From Octopus vulgaris (taxonomy: Eukaryota): a stretch of DNA of 64,000 bases. This document shows positions 40,195-55,080 of this stretch, one piece after another. Each line of letters starts with the position of its first letter. The first letter of the stretch is position 1. The DNA lies in contig OX597834.1 in the NCBI GenBank assembly GCA_951406725.2, forward strand, positions 38,192,001-38,256,000, given 5' to 3'. The position numbers and the translations under genes are program-made. Under the pieces are notes generated by a model. The model ran no database searches. It saw nothing but the letters and a program-made list of their open reading frames with translations, and was not told the DNA's origin.

Positions 40195-40540
40195 ATCTCA
40201 GTCACTGGACTGTGGCCATGCTGGGGCAATACTCTGAAGGATGTTTAGTTGAACATATCAATTCCAGTACTTATTTTTTTAAGCCTGGTACTTATTCTAT
40301 TATGTTCCAGGGATGCAAACAGACCAATACAGTTATCAAGCAGTAGTGGAAGACACAGATACATGCATATGTATGACAGGCTTCTTTCAGTTTCCATCTA
40401 CCAGATCCACTCAAAAGGCCTTAGTTGTCCCAGGGCTATAGTAAAATACACTTCTGCAGGGTGTCATGCAATAGGACGGAATATAAAGCTACATGGTTGG
40501 CAAGCAAGCTTTTTAATGGCACAGCCATGCTTGTACCTAT
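40195..40540 (-). mobile_element. SINE family 1, diverged copy
   Basis: CAGTCACTGGACTGTGGCCATGCTGG...CTTCTTTCAGTTTCCATCTACC...CACAGCCA. Confidence 0.72.
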
Positions 40541-40849
40541 ATATGGACACTAAATCATGATCACAATACATATAAATAAATAAATGCATGTGCGCGTGTG
40601 TGTGTGTGTGTGTGTGTATGCAGATGTACATATGTGTGTGCATGTGCATACACATGGTGTGTGTAATTATGAAAAAACAGCAGAAACCAAAACCATGTCA
40701 TAAAATAATTTAACTGGTTGACAAATTTCTTTTCTGAATGTAACCCAGATATTATAAGACAGGGCCATGCATTTTGTCATACAAGAAGGTTGAACAGGAT
40801 ATGGAACTGAATCAAAAGGAATTTAAATGACACATGCCTTTGTGACAGT

Positions 40850-40866
40850 AGGTCATCATGACCTTG
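40850..40866. promoter_or_regulatory. Perfect IR3 palindrome (estrogen-response-element consensus) overlapping a CCAAGGTCA FTZ-F1/ERR-type site
   Basis: AGGTCA tca TGACCT (40850-40864) followed by TGG, in apparently unique sequence. Confidence 0.5.
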
Positions 40867-41693
40867 GACAAAGCAAAAAAGCTAGTTCAGTTTGCATATG
40901 GAAAAATTGGGTTGTGTGGGAGAAGAGAAAAATGGAAAATAAATAAACAGTTGTAATAGTTTGATGGTAGAGATTATAGTGGTGGTGAGTGTATAGTTAA
41001 AGTGAAGGTGCTGGTAATGGAATGTCATACAATTTTAAATAGAAGAAATAGCGATAACACAAACTTCCTAATAACATAGCCAATCTATTTCTTTCTTTGT
41101 CTGTCTGTCAAGATCTCTCTCTCTCTCCCCCCTCTCTCTAAAGCATTATACAATATGCACATGGAAAATTCAATATTTCGTCAACTCAAAATGTCTTAGT
41201 GACAACAAAATCATGGGTCCATAACCTTTGCAATATTTTTTTTTTTCTTTTTACCATTCTCAAGTTGGACAATTGAGTCTACTTGGCACTGCTACCTGCA
41301 ATAGACTGACAGACTAATTGTTCAATGAGATGAATTTCTCAATATAATACTGCAAAGCCTGAAGCTAGACATTACAATGTTCTTGTGATGTGTTGTGTGG
41401 CTGGGAAACATAGGAACAACTAGGCTCACAGAGTCTATAATTTGACATACAGATAGCACTGTTCAAAGTTTGCTTTCATCACAAGATGAATAAATACTTG
41501 ATGATATTCAAAATGCCCATGTTTTATATCCAGCAGCTTGGTAATCATTGAAAAGGCCCATTTAGGAATAGCAGCCAGAAATCTATGATACTAATATCCA
41601 GTTTCACAAGTTCAAAACTGACTACATACTAACAAGATAGGTCCATGGAAGTATAAGAAAACAAATGTATGTGTGTGTGTGTGTGTATGTATA

Positions 41694-42454
<761 letters not shown>

Positions 42455-43964
42455 TGAGGAGCAACTAGGTGAATAATCAGTCATGTACAAGTGATTATAC
42501 TCTACAACATGTATTCCATACTTATCCTGTCAATTGTTAAGCCAAAAACATGTGTGTATATTTGAGTATGTATGCACACATTATAACATTATGTGTGTGT
42601 GTGTGTGTACACAAATATATATAACGCACATGTACACCCACAGATATGATTCCAAACTTATATTTAAATTTAGAGTTGTTGTTATTAAACATTAAATACT
42701 AACACTTTGCCAGAATATGCATTTTTAAATAATTTCCTCTTTCATTTTGTATAATTACACACACCCTAATGACACAATTACATAAGAATGTAACAATATC
42801 ATGCTATGTGTGATTTAAGAAGCTGTTATTGTGCATGAGGCCTCAATATAACACACATTTATATTAAAAAAATAATAAAATGTTACAAGGATATGGTGCG
42901 ATTTATTTGCAGTGCAGAAAATTTCATAAATGCATAGAAAAGCATACACTTGTAAAGACAAAATTCTTCATAAGACATCTTGAAGGCATGATCTTTTAAA
43001 AAGAGTGAGCCAATTACAAAAGAAGTGTGCAGTGTGTCTCTTTCAATGCATGGATCATGGTTGTACATTGTAGATAAGACATGTAACCCAATATAAACAG
43101 CATTCTGAAAAGATCTAGCTTCCACTTAAAGGGGACAATCCTGAATAATATGGCTGCAGTTCCTGTCAGCACAACAACAGCATGGCCAGTCTGTTGTTAT
43201 TCTTTTTGGAATATCTTATCCTTCCCCAACCATCTCCTTTACACACACACACACATATATATATACATGTGCACATGCACATGCATGCACGCTCCTTTTG
43301 TAACAATGTTTGCAGTGTTGAAATGGCTGCAAGCATTGTCAACATCCCAACTAGCAGCAGTTGCATTGTTTCTGGCAGCTGCATTGGCTGTTGGCGGATG
43401 TTAGGTGCGTGGTGGCAGCAGAGCAATGAAGAGGAGGGGAAAGGGAGCTGTGTTGAGCAATTGGGCTTAGCAGTAGCCAATTACCAGTTGCTATGACAAC
43501 AGTAAAAGTCACCATAACTAGCTAGGACTAGTGGTTGGCAAACAGCGATGAATGGCACATATTGCATCATTTCAAGTATAACACTACCACCACAGTATAC
43601 CGCAATAGATAATGAGAAATAGCAATAAACCAGCACCTCTTCAAGAAACTGTGGCATATTCTGTGCCATGGCAATAAACACTGCAAAATTCCAAAGTTGG
43701 GTGAGGGAGGGAAAAGAAGATGCAATAAAATAATGAATTTCATTTCCAGCGTGTAATGAGGAGTAAATATAGAAAATCAAAATCTATTGATTCATTATCC
43801 CACTGTTGACCCCAGCACAATTTGAACTTAGAAATTAGAAACAATATTTTAGAAAACTATATATATCTGCCATGACACACTCTTTGGTGAAGCATTATTG
43901 TCTGTACCAAATCCACCACTCTAATAATAGTAGTTTCTACAAAATAATAAGAAGAAGAATACTT

Positions 43965-44575
43965 TTTACTATAAGCTCAAGGCCTGAAATTTTAGGGCAG
44001 ACATAAGTCAAGTACATCAACCCCTGTGCTCAAGTGGTACTTATTTTCATCAACCTTAAAAGGATAAAAGGCAAGGTCAACCTTGGAATTGAGGAAATAA
44101 CAAGTGAAATGCCACTAAGCATTTTGTCTGGTGTACCAACAATTCTGTCAGCTCACCACCTGAATAATAATAATCCTTTCTTTTAAAGAGACAATGTCTG
44201 AAATTTTGAAGGAGGAAGCTAGTTGATTACTTCAACCCCAGTGCTCGGCTTGTACTTATTTCATCAACCCCAAAAGGATGAAAGGCAAATAACCTCGGCA
44301 GGATCTGGACTCAGAAGGCATAATGTAAAGAAGGAGGAAATGAAACAAATCATTTTGTCTGACACACTAATGATTGTGTCAGCTTGCCACCTTAGTAGTA
44401 ATAATAAAATAATAACAACAACAACAATGATGATGATTTCTAATATAGGTATAAGGTATAGTCATTTATGTCAACCCCACTACAAGATTTGAGCTCAGAA
44501 TGTATAGTCATAAGTAAATATAATAAGATATTTTGTCCAACACACCAACAATTCTACTGACTTCACCACCTTAAT
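43965..44575 (-). mobile_element. Cluster of three same-orientation diverged family-2 SINEs
   Basis: Repeated ACCCC.GTGCTC..TGGTACTTATTT..AAAGGATGAAAGGCAA..CTCACCACC blocks separated by (AAT)n. Similar pairs occur at ~50040-50360 and ~60870-61200, and a single copy at ~32060-32270. Confidence 0.75.
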
Positions 44576-44619
44576 AAAGTTCCAAAATAATGATGATGAT
44601 GATGATGATGATGATAATA

Positions 44620-45180
44620 ATTGCTCTGTTGTAGTACCAGGCAGTGGCTCTCATGGCTTCTGATCTTAACTTATTGGAAGAGTTATCATGTACATTGTTT
44701 TCTCTTGGTATAAAAAGATTGCTACAATAAATATTCTGCTTGGTACAACAAATTTGCTTGTCAGTTGTTTGACCATAACCAGCTGAGCATGTCCCTTAGT
44801 GATTGACGATATGTACATCTCTGATCACAAGCAGAAACAGTTGGGGAGCATCATAGCCAAGTACTCAGAGGAATTCTTTGAAGTTTAGATAATTCACCTT
44901 TGGAAGCATGGGTGTATTGTTCAATATCCTTAAACAACCCTTATTCAGGGACCTTTTGATTGGAATGGGCTACTCAACCTGAAGAAAACTCTAACTGGGC
45001 CCCACCTTCAAGGTCATGCACTGTTTATTTTGATATGAGATCACCATGTCGTGCACATATGGTTGTGATGCATGTGCCTGGTGTACCCTTATCAGACAGG
45101 TAGTCATGATGGATAATACTGGGCTGCGTATATTTTACCCGAGTGTCATTTTGATGGCACGCACTACTCTCTCACTCAAT
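44620..45180. repeat. ~555 bp probable interspersed repeat inserted in an (ATG/AAT)n tract
   Basis: A complex block bounded on both sides by (ATG)n/(AAT)n runs. It resembles my recollection of an abundant octopus repeat; class not determined. Confidence 0.4.
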
Positions 45181-48100
45181 AATAATAATAATAATAATAA
45201 CTTCTAATACTGATACAAAGTTATATATTTTTTGGAGTGGGGAAGAGGGAAGGATATAGTTGATTAATTTCATACTAATATACTACTGGTACCTAATTTA
45301 TAAACCCGCAGGATGAAGGGCAAGAGCAACCTTGAAATGATATGAACTCAAAACACAGAGAGATAAAATGATAAAATCTAATGTATTTCAAAGAAAGTGT
45401 ATGTAGGAGATCATACTACTCATATATCTCTTGAAAGCATAAGCAGGGTTATTGTTTTCACTTGTGTTCTGAAAATACTACAAAATCTCCAATGAATTCC
45501 TTTTTGAAAGAGTGACTCACAGGTGAAAATATTCAACGTTTTCTCATTCAAATTTATTTGCATGTTTGTTTATGAACAACAAAAAAAAAAGACAAATATA
45601 AAAAAAAATGTTACCAGTAACACAGTAGACTAGAAATAATCATACACTATGCCAAGCCTGTGACCTGGTTTCAATACCAGATCTATTGTGAATGTCCTTG
45701 GAAAAGGCATTAACATCATAACAATCAATTTCACCCTTTCTAAAACTTCCAGCCTTTTATACTTATGTAAGAAATAATTACTTGGCACAGTCAATAGCAA
45801 GTTTTATTAGACGTTTTTCTATTATCTGGTTTATTGCTTTATTATTGTGCTGACTAGAGTCAACTTTGCTGTCTATTTTTTTCAGAGTCAATAGCAGCAT
45901 TGTGTAGGAAGCGGTAATTTCTCTCTGCTAGCTGACAATGTGAATTCACTTTGGTTTCTAATTGAAGCAAACTTACTTCACAGAAGACATTTATACCCTT
46001 CAGATATACACGAATATTATACAATCTCTTTCCTTATCTTATAAAATGTCATCATATTGAAGGGAAGTTGAAATTAATTATATCAACCAATTATTATCTT
46101 CTCCATAACATGTTACATATTCATTGTTGCTACTGAAGAAAACAAATGGTCATCTTTTCAAGTTGTTTCCTCCCAGAATATTTTACTGCATCTGCCTGAA
46201 TTTGTTGGCTCCAAGATCAAATTCTTCCTTACATCCTTCTAAATAAAAATATACCAACAACAGAAAGCATTCTTCCTGAACAAACTGATCTGAAGTTAAA
46301 CAACTACAAATGTGGACAAAAAAACTAGCAGATTGACAAAAATTCACTGATTAACATACTACTAGTTTCTCTCATGGTCTCCTCTACAGCTATTACAATG
46401 GCTTCTAATCTTTTGACCCAATAATCAGTATATAACCTCAACCCAAACTTACATGACATACCTGCTTTCTTATTTGTCATTCCTACTTTGTCTTACACAC
46501 TTAATTCTACATTTAACACTCAGTCTTACAACTGCAATTCTCAGGAATTCCATCCATACCAAGATTTTTACCCACTGATACTAAGGTTACCTAGGCTAAA
46601 CAATAACCTGCAGATGTTCAAGCTAAATATCAGCCACATCAATCTCATGAGTATTGGTAGTAGGAGCTCTCTTCTTTCATCATTTGACTAATTAACATTT
46701 TTATTATTATTTTAAAAGGTAATGGACTAACAGAATTGTTAGACCTCACATGAAATGACATGTAGTAATTGTTGTGGCCCTTTATGTTCTAGGAGTTGTT
46801 TTAATTGACTAAGCCCTCAACCCAGCTTTGTAGCCTTGTGCTTATATAAAAAATTAATGTCTATCAATCTGTACAACACATAAATACACATTCACACAGA
46901 CACACCTATGCCTCATCATCATCACTGTTTTACATCTACTTTCCCTGCTAACATGGGTTGAATGGGTTGCCATGGCCTGAGTTGGTCTGGCATAGTTTCT
47001 CTAGTTGGATGTCTTTCCTAACTCCAACCATTTTACAAAGTGTACTGGTTCACATCATGGCTCTAGCACTAGAGAAGTCATATCTTTAACAAAACAAAAA
47101 CTAAAGCATTCTCAATCTTAAACTGTCTTCACTTGCTTGTCAACTACTTTACAATGAACTGGGTACATTTTATCATAGCACCAACACTAATGAAGTGCTT
47201 TGTACACGGCAAGATAAAAGAGAACTCACTACTCTACATTGTTTCTGTTCATTCAGAGAAATGAGACCAGTAGAGGAGAAGATAGAAGAGATGGCAATTG
47301 TAGATGATGAATTATGACGAGGGAAAGGAAGAAGTGGGGAAACAGAATGATGGGGTGAGTAACAATGTAGAAGACAGTGCTTAAATGAGTAATAGAAAAG
47401 AAATAATAATGGTAGAGTGCAATGAAAGACAATAATGCAGAGGCTAAAATGAGAGACTAATGACAACTACATGTTCGATGGTAAATGATAGGGCAATTGA
47501 TGGTCAGGAGTAATGCCAATAACATGTTACCCGGGAGAAAGAGAATGGGGAGAGTATTAAATAGGCAACATGGGCTACAGGAGACAAGTAGGGACAAAAC
47601 AGTAAAAGAACCTAGTTGTAGATATATATACTATGTATTGCCCCCCACCCTATTGCCACCTCCATTTTAACACATATTTCACACTATGCTAACACTGGTG
47701 GATTGAGTCTTCTCTAATGCTGCTTGACACCAACCAATAATATACATACATAAGCAAGTTTGTGGGTTTCCAAGGATGATTGCAACTTGGACACTGTTTA
47801 CATGATAGTTTTGCAAAGCGGTTACAGCTGCAATAGGTTCAACCTCTTGATTAAAGCAAACTAGGCTATATAATGACTAATAATAATTTTTTTTTATTTA
47901 AAATAGAAAGATAGCTAAAAGTTACTATAATTAAACTTTAAAAACAGTAATGAACTGTATTTGTTAATTAATTAGAATCAAACACATCTGGGATATACTA
48001 CTCTGAAAGGCTGTCAAAAATATAGATCACCTATATTTCAGTCAGTACATAAAAGAAGCAATGCAGACACTTGAGGTGTACTTAGTAACTACCAACACAT

Positions 48101-48499
48101 CACAGACACCTTAAACTTGCACTTTCTGACTGCGAATAAACAGTGTACACACACACACACACACACCCACACCTACACACCGCAGTACTAAAAATGCTAA
48201 GAGAGAAAATTTGTTTATTTGTCTTATGACTTGCCAAGGGTTGACTTATTCTTCTGTCTGATTAATTATGCATTAGAGTCAATATACTTTCTCTATTATA
48301 CTAGAGCAGCTGGAATGGTAGAGAGAGAGAGAGTGAGGTGTTGGAGAAGGAAATAACAGTGGCAGCGATGGCAGTGGGAGTGGTGCAGATAGTTGTGATT
48401 GTTATTTTGACTGTGGCAGTCCTGGCTATAAAAGTAATAGTAGCAGTATTTTGTAATGATGGTGGTGGTGGTGAAGATGGTTGTTTTGGCAATGATGAC

Positions 48500-48808
<309 letters not shown>

Positions 48809-50360
48809 CACTAGCAACGATTTATTGTTATGGTGACAATGACAGCAGAAATAGTACTGACCACTATCATGGTGGTGATAGCAGCTTATGATGTCAGTGA
48901 TGGTGTTAGATGTTGCGCAAGGTAATGATAGCGGCTACTATATTAATGATGATGATGGTGGTGGAATTGTTATAGTGGATGTGGGTGTTAGTAGTAGTAA
49001 TCATTTACTTTGGCCTAAGATCAAGAGAAGGGGAAGGATAGAAGATGTGGCATTCGTTGTTGCATAATGAGCTTTACAAGATAATGAACTGTAGTAGTAA
49101 TGGTGATGGTGGGGAAGGTAGTGACTATTGAGGAATTTTCATCCGCAGTCAGCCAAATCAACAGAGAAAGAACTCTTCCACCTGCCATCAGCACCGCTGT
49201 TGCTCTTGGAAACAATTTCAGCGTAAACAAGCTTACACAGAATCAGTAGCATTAATATCAATGTGTTATAATTCCTTTCTCCCTGATGTGTGCATGTGGC
49301 ATGTGTATGCATTGACATACACACACACACACACACATTAGAATTGTTAGAATTGAAGTAAGCTCCTAGCAATTAGGGGTTGGCGACCCACTTTTGATCT
49401 TCATACTGGCCAGCTCACAAAATTTATGGGCTTTTGCTTCCCAAAAATACATGAGCATCACTACACCCAAAACCATACAAGAATTCAGAATATATGTTAC
49501 AAAGCAAGAAATTTAAAATATATATTATTCCTCTTTTATTTATCCTTACATGCACGCACACACACACACATACACGCCACTCTTCCTTAAACACGCATCA
49601 TCATTGTTTTATGTTTGCTTTCCATACTAGCATGGTTTGAATAGTGTGTTAGTGTGTGTGTGTGTACTGCCGCTAAAGGTGTTAATAATGTAAAAAGATT
49701 ATAACAAATCTAAAAATCTAATGAAATCCCAATTTTGGGGAAATGAAAACAATGTAGTTAGGAAAAACTACTTGCAGTTACTATAAACCATGTGTATCAA
49801 GGCTATAAAAAATATTCTCGTAGGTACAGCCTATATTCTAAGAAGAACACTATCAACTTGAGAATATTTGAATTTTTTTTAATCTTTCAAAATTATAAAT
49901 ATCAAAACAAACTTTTAACAGAATTTTAATGCTCAGTACTGGGTTGCCTTCCCTTGAGATATGTGATTACTCCTCGGTCTCTGGCTGAGACTTTGAACAG
50001 CTGATGTAAAACAAAGCAACAACAACAATGAAAACATTCAACCCCTGAAAGGATGAAAGGCAAAATTGACCTTGACAAGATGTGAACTCAGAACATAAAA
50101 AACCCATATAAATACTGCAAAGAATTTTTTTTTTTTCTGGTGCTCTAATATTTCTGCCACCCTACTCAGTAATATAAATTATTTGACATGATGGTTAAGT
50201 CAATTACAATGACCCCAGTACTTTACTGGTACTTACTTTATCAATCTCAAAAAGATGAAAGGCAAAGTTGGCCTTGAGATTTCAACTCAGAACATAAAGA
50301 GCCAGAAGAAATGCCACTAAGAATTTTTTCTGACATGCCAATAATTCTGCCAATTCACCC

Positions 50361-50409
<49 letters not shown>

Positions 50410-50478
50410 CCAGCAGTTTTGAGAAGACAGTTTATAACATCAATCTCAGCTGCTGTGAACAAAAAGGATGTGACTTAC

Positions 50479-50586
50479 ATGACTTTTATTTCTCTTGTAT
50501 AATTTTCCAGATGTAAACAAAATCGTATTTGTCTCACTTTCAAAGAGAGAAGCAAGTCTTACTAGCAGCACTTCAAATGTGCCAGC
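50479..50586 (-). CDS. E75: E75-like exon F: LBD helix 5 and beta-sheet region
   Basis: tttttcag|GCT GGC ACA...AGT CAT|gtaagt; 108 nt; AGTFEVLLVRLASLFESETNTILFTSGKLYKRNKSH. Confidence 0.93.
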
Positions 50587-51939
50587 CTGAAAAAAATTGA
50601 AGAGATATATGAAGCTATATTTATGTAATAGAAGTATATACAAAAGTAGTAAGAACAATTGATAGTAATAAAATTTTTGATATCACTATCCCGAAGTACA
50701 GACAACAATAATACATGCAATAATTAAGAATAACATTTAATCACAATTTAAGTTTTGAGGGAATAGATCTTTTTTAAATAAGCATCACTTGAAGTTTATG
50801 AACTATGATGAAAAAACATATTTATCAGGCAATCAGAAATGTACTTAGTCTCTATGTTTACTGTCAAAGACTTAAAAACTATCAAATAATCAATCTATTG
50901 AATTTTTACAGATTCCTTGCATCTAATTCAAATTGGTTTGATTGTTAATGTTAATTCAGCTTAAGCCGTTTAGTGGAAAGTGAAAGTTAATAACATAGAG
51001 TAGCCCACAGACCCAACACTTTTCATGGCAGTTTGTATCAGACTTTTTCTTAGATATATACTGCTTGTATTAAAATAAAATAAAAAGCTGATGGGGAACA
51101 TTAAACATGTACAGTCAAACACAACAAATCAATTTTCCTTCTGAGTTATATTTTTGAGTTAAAATCCCTCCACAACAGTCAAATACCCATTACATTACGA
51201 CCACAATAACCTTAACAAATACTGCTGACCCCCACACAAAATAAACCTTTTATTTCTTTTTGCTACAGAGAAGTGAGCACTTGATTGAAAAATATCTGGT
51301 TTAAGTTCTAGTTGGACCCATGTTCCTTCACTTTATATGATTGGTAAGGTCAGCCAGCACAGGGTCATATATCCGATATCTGGAGGAGGAGTGCAATACC
51401 AATATTGGGTGGCAAAACAATCTACCATTGAACTTAAACACCACCAGCTGGACCTTGGCTGGCTTTAGTGAAGTTCATTCTGTGGCAAGAATTCAGGCCA
51501 GATCTTTGGATTGAGTGTAACTTCCCTCCCTGCTACCAAAATCAACATCCTGACAAAAAGTTCATATGTGCCACCCTTTCTTTTTGGGGTTGTGAGGAGA
51601 CAAAAAACATACTTCACTAGTGCTTTATTTTATCAACCCTTGAAGGATAAAAGGTAAAGTCAACTGAAGCCAAAACCTCAAAAATCATATCTTTACCCCC
51701 TTTAAGAAAATAAAAAAACACTGATAGGCTATTGTAGTTACATTATATCTGAAAAATATTCTAACAGGTTGGTCATGGCTGGATTTTCTTTACCTAAAGC
51801 TAAGCAACAACAATTTCATAGTTTTAATCAATATATAGAGTGTTAAAAATTCTTGGAAGATTCATTCAAATATCCAACCCAATTCAAAAACATGAAAATA
51901 CCATACAGACGAAGACAATTTTTTAAAAATTGAACTTAC

Positions 51940-52107
51940 CTTTAGCAGTGTTATTTTGTCATCTTTGCAAAGGAGTGAAAATGCAGGTATAAACTGTGCA
52001 AAGTCTGTGATGGCTGTTACCACAGGGGCACAATTGTCAGACATATTTTTGAATGATTGGTTGTCATTATTTAACCGCAGAAAAGAGTTTGGATCAACGG
52101 GGCATGC
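51940..52107 (-). CDS. E75: E75-like exon E: heme Cys-Pro motif and LBD helices 3-4
   Basis: ttccctag|GCA TGC CCC...CTA AAG|gtaagt; 168 nt; ACPVDPNSF...ITDFAQFIPAFSLLCKDDKITLLK, containing the LBD signature F(A)xxxPxFxxLxxxDxxxLL. Confidence 0.94.
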
Positions 52108-53309
52108 CTAGGGAAAAGATGAAGAAAAGATTTAAACTATCAATGCAAATAGTTATAATAACATTCAATAAACATGTGTCCACAAACGTTGATGAATCTA
52201 GTATTATATAAAATAGTGAGGTTTTTTTAATGGTTTATTTGCTTTTAATTTTATTTGTCCATTTGAATCAACATATTCATCCAAGCATAGCAAACCAAAT
52301 GTAAAACTACTGTTTCTGTTACTAATAATGATGATGAAACGGGAGTTAGGACTAAATAAATAAGCAATAGACAAATTAATAATAATGTTCTTTCCTAGAC
52401 ATAGTGCCAGTGGAACATCCCAGTCAAACTAATATTTATACTCATATAAATAATACCATCAAAAATATGTGCCATAAAATGAAGCATTTAATCCTCTTGG
52501 AAAAATCTAAAATAGCTCTAATCACACCCACAACATTTACGTGTAATACCTTAATACCAAATCTCCAAACAAAATTACAATTTATTTAATTACTGCTTCA
52601 TTGTTATAACAATCAAAAGCCACCACTTGAGTAAGAAAAAGTGTAAAACTGATAAAAAAATAATTGAAAACTTATAAATGTAACTGATTATTCTTGTAAA
52701 ACTTTTTTTTTGACAGATTACATTTATTTATTTTCATCTCTTTGAAACCATTTGAAGTTTTATGTTGTTTTATGGCAGTTTTCCTATGATTTGGGGAAAT
52801 TCTGCAACAGTATTTTTCACTGATTTTTGACATTCCAGATTGTATTACACAAGCATTTTTCTGAGATGTTGTAATGTTTACACCACCCACAAGTGCATTA
52901 GTGTCATTACTGAAATCAAAAAGCTACCACCAGAATGTGGATTCAGCTTGTAAAGAGCTGACTGTTATTTTCTGAGGCACTTTATTAAACCTATGAGTTA
53001 TTCATCCTCTATTAAGAACATGATCATACAATCATCATTTTTAGTACCTCTTTGGAATTACAAAGGAGATAGAATTACTAGATTCAAATTTTCAATTTGT
53101 ATAAGAATAATCTATACATATCTACATATATACAAGAGGCTGTATGTTTCACAATCAGTGAGTCTAACCGTGAATATGATAATGTATGTGAATGTAAGAT
53201 CTACTGAGTAAGCAAATGTTACAATGCAAATATTACAATGAAAGTGTATACACTGATCTTTATCAGTATATAAAATATGGGGGGGAAATCCTAGTAGAAA
53301 TATACTTAC

Positions 53310-53551
53310 TGTTTGTTCTGGATTGCCACATTCATAATTATTGTTTTCTTCAGCAGTTTTGCGCATTCTATACAACCGTTCACGGCAATATTCATTTGTT
53401 TTTTGGTGTGCTTTCAAAACTGACTGAATTATTTCATCACTATTCTGTAATAAACTTTCAAACTCTGATGATGGACCTTGTGAATTCACCATCTGCATCT
53501 GTTTCATTATGCGTGCTTTTTCACTTTTTGGAACCCGACCAAATCGGACAG
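53310..53551 (-). CDS. E75: E75-like exon D: C-terminal extension (GRIP box RFGRVPK), hinge and LBD helix 1
   Basis: ttaatag|CT GTC CGA...CAA ACA|gtaagt; 242 nt; (A)VRFGRVPKSEKARIMKQMQ...IIQSVLKAHQKT...GNPEQT. Confidence 0.94.
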
Positions 53552-54024
53552 CTATTAAATAAAAAATACCAAAGTATAACTGGAAGTCATTAAAAAAAAT
53601 AATTTTACATAGTTTTCAAAGTATGAAGGATGGAAATTTGTAGTAAATAACGTGTTGTGAAATTTCATATGTAAATGTAGTAGAATAGCAGAACCAACTA
53701 TCATTCATGAGTGAGTATGGCTTAGTGACATATACCATACTTTCACTAATTGCTTTAGGTGTCTTTGTAGTCATGAACTGAAGCAGACACCTTCTGAACC
53801 CTCCATCCTTCCAGTGGTGCATCAAGGATGTGACTGTTGGATAGAGAGAGGGCTGTACCAGCATCCAGCTGGAACTAATTTACAGATGAGTAGACTGAGG
53901 CAGCATGAAATAAAGTGGGTTACTCAAGAATACAGTGCACCTGCTAGTTCAGGAATTGAACTCATGCGATTATGATTGTGAGCCAACCACCCAACCCCTA
54001 CACTATGCCACACACATTCACACA

Positions 54025-54385
54025 TCTGTTTTATCCTTTACTTGTTTCAGTCATTAGACTGCAACCATGCTGGAAAACTACTTTGAAGAGTTTTAATCAA
54101 ACAAGTTAAATTGAGTACTTATTTCCCTTTTTAAACCTGGTACTTTATTGTTTTCCTTTTGCCTAACTGGTAAGTTACAGGGACATAAATCAATGCCAGT
54201 TGTCAAGCAATTGTGGGGGACATACACATACAATGGGCTTCTTTCAATTTCTGAGAACCAAATCTACTCTTAAGGTTTTGGTCATCTCAGAGCCATTGTA
54301 GAAGACGCTTGCCCAAGGTGCCATGCAGTGAGACCAAACCTGGAATCATGCGGTTAGGAAATAAACTTCTTACCACAGCCATGCC
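54025..54385 (-). mobile_element. SINE family 1, diverged near-full-length copy
   Basis: TTACTTGTTTCAGTCATTAGACTGC...GTAGAAGACGCTTGCCCAAGGTGCCATGCAGTG...CCACAGCCA. Confidence 0.78.
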
Positions 54386-54649
54386 ATAAATATCAAATAA
54401 TTTACATCTAGATTCATTTCTGAGATCTAACCACAGAACTAGAAACAGGTTAGTTTCAATGATAATGCTTATGGTTAGTGACCAAATAATCTATACAGTT
54501 TCAATTTACATCTGCTAATGTCCATAAATATCACAGTTTTCAATTTCTTCTCGAACACAACTGACAGTTCAAGCTTTTAAGAAATAATGTTATATTTCTC
54601 TATCCTATATCTATATTTAATAACCCTGTTTCATGAATAAAGTTAAGCT

Positions 54650-55080
54650 ATTCATGGATTAGCAAGGTCTGCGATACACTGGTCTCCATGTATCTCAATC
54701 ATATATCATATTTTCTGTTACAATATACATTGAACAGAGCTGACTAAACTACATTCTTCCAAGTCTTCCTTCTATCTATATTGTAGGTACACTCTCTAGT
54801 CAATTCTAGGTATCTCTTCACCCAGCACATTGTCATCTATTTACATGTCTATACCAATTAGATAGCTATTCTCAACATATATTAATTTATAGTTCTGCTA
54901 ACCCATACTCAGCTCATTCTTCTGCAGTCATCATAGATCCTCCAACATGTTTGATATTTTGATCTACTGTTTCCTATTGCAGTAACTTAGGAGCTTCTTC
55001 TCTTTCCCTTTTCAACTCCAGCAAAGAGGGTAGGTCCCACAAAAAATAAAACAAGTCAATGTCATAGGTGCCACCTTTGT
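54650..55080 (-). mobile_element. Highly decayed RTE-type LINE ORF C-terminus
   Basis: Fragmented translation includes LQKNELSM, WYRHV and RKTWKNVV, resembling the RTE WxGHV...RxTW C-terminal pattern. Confidence 0.5.
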
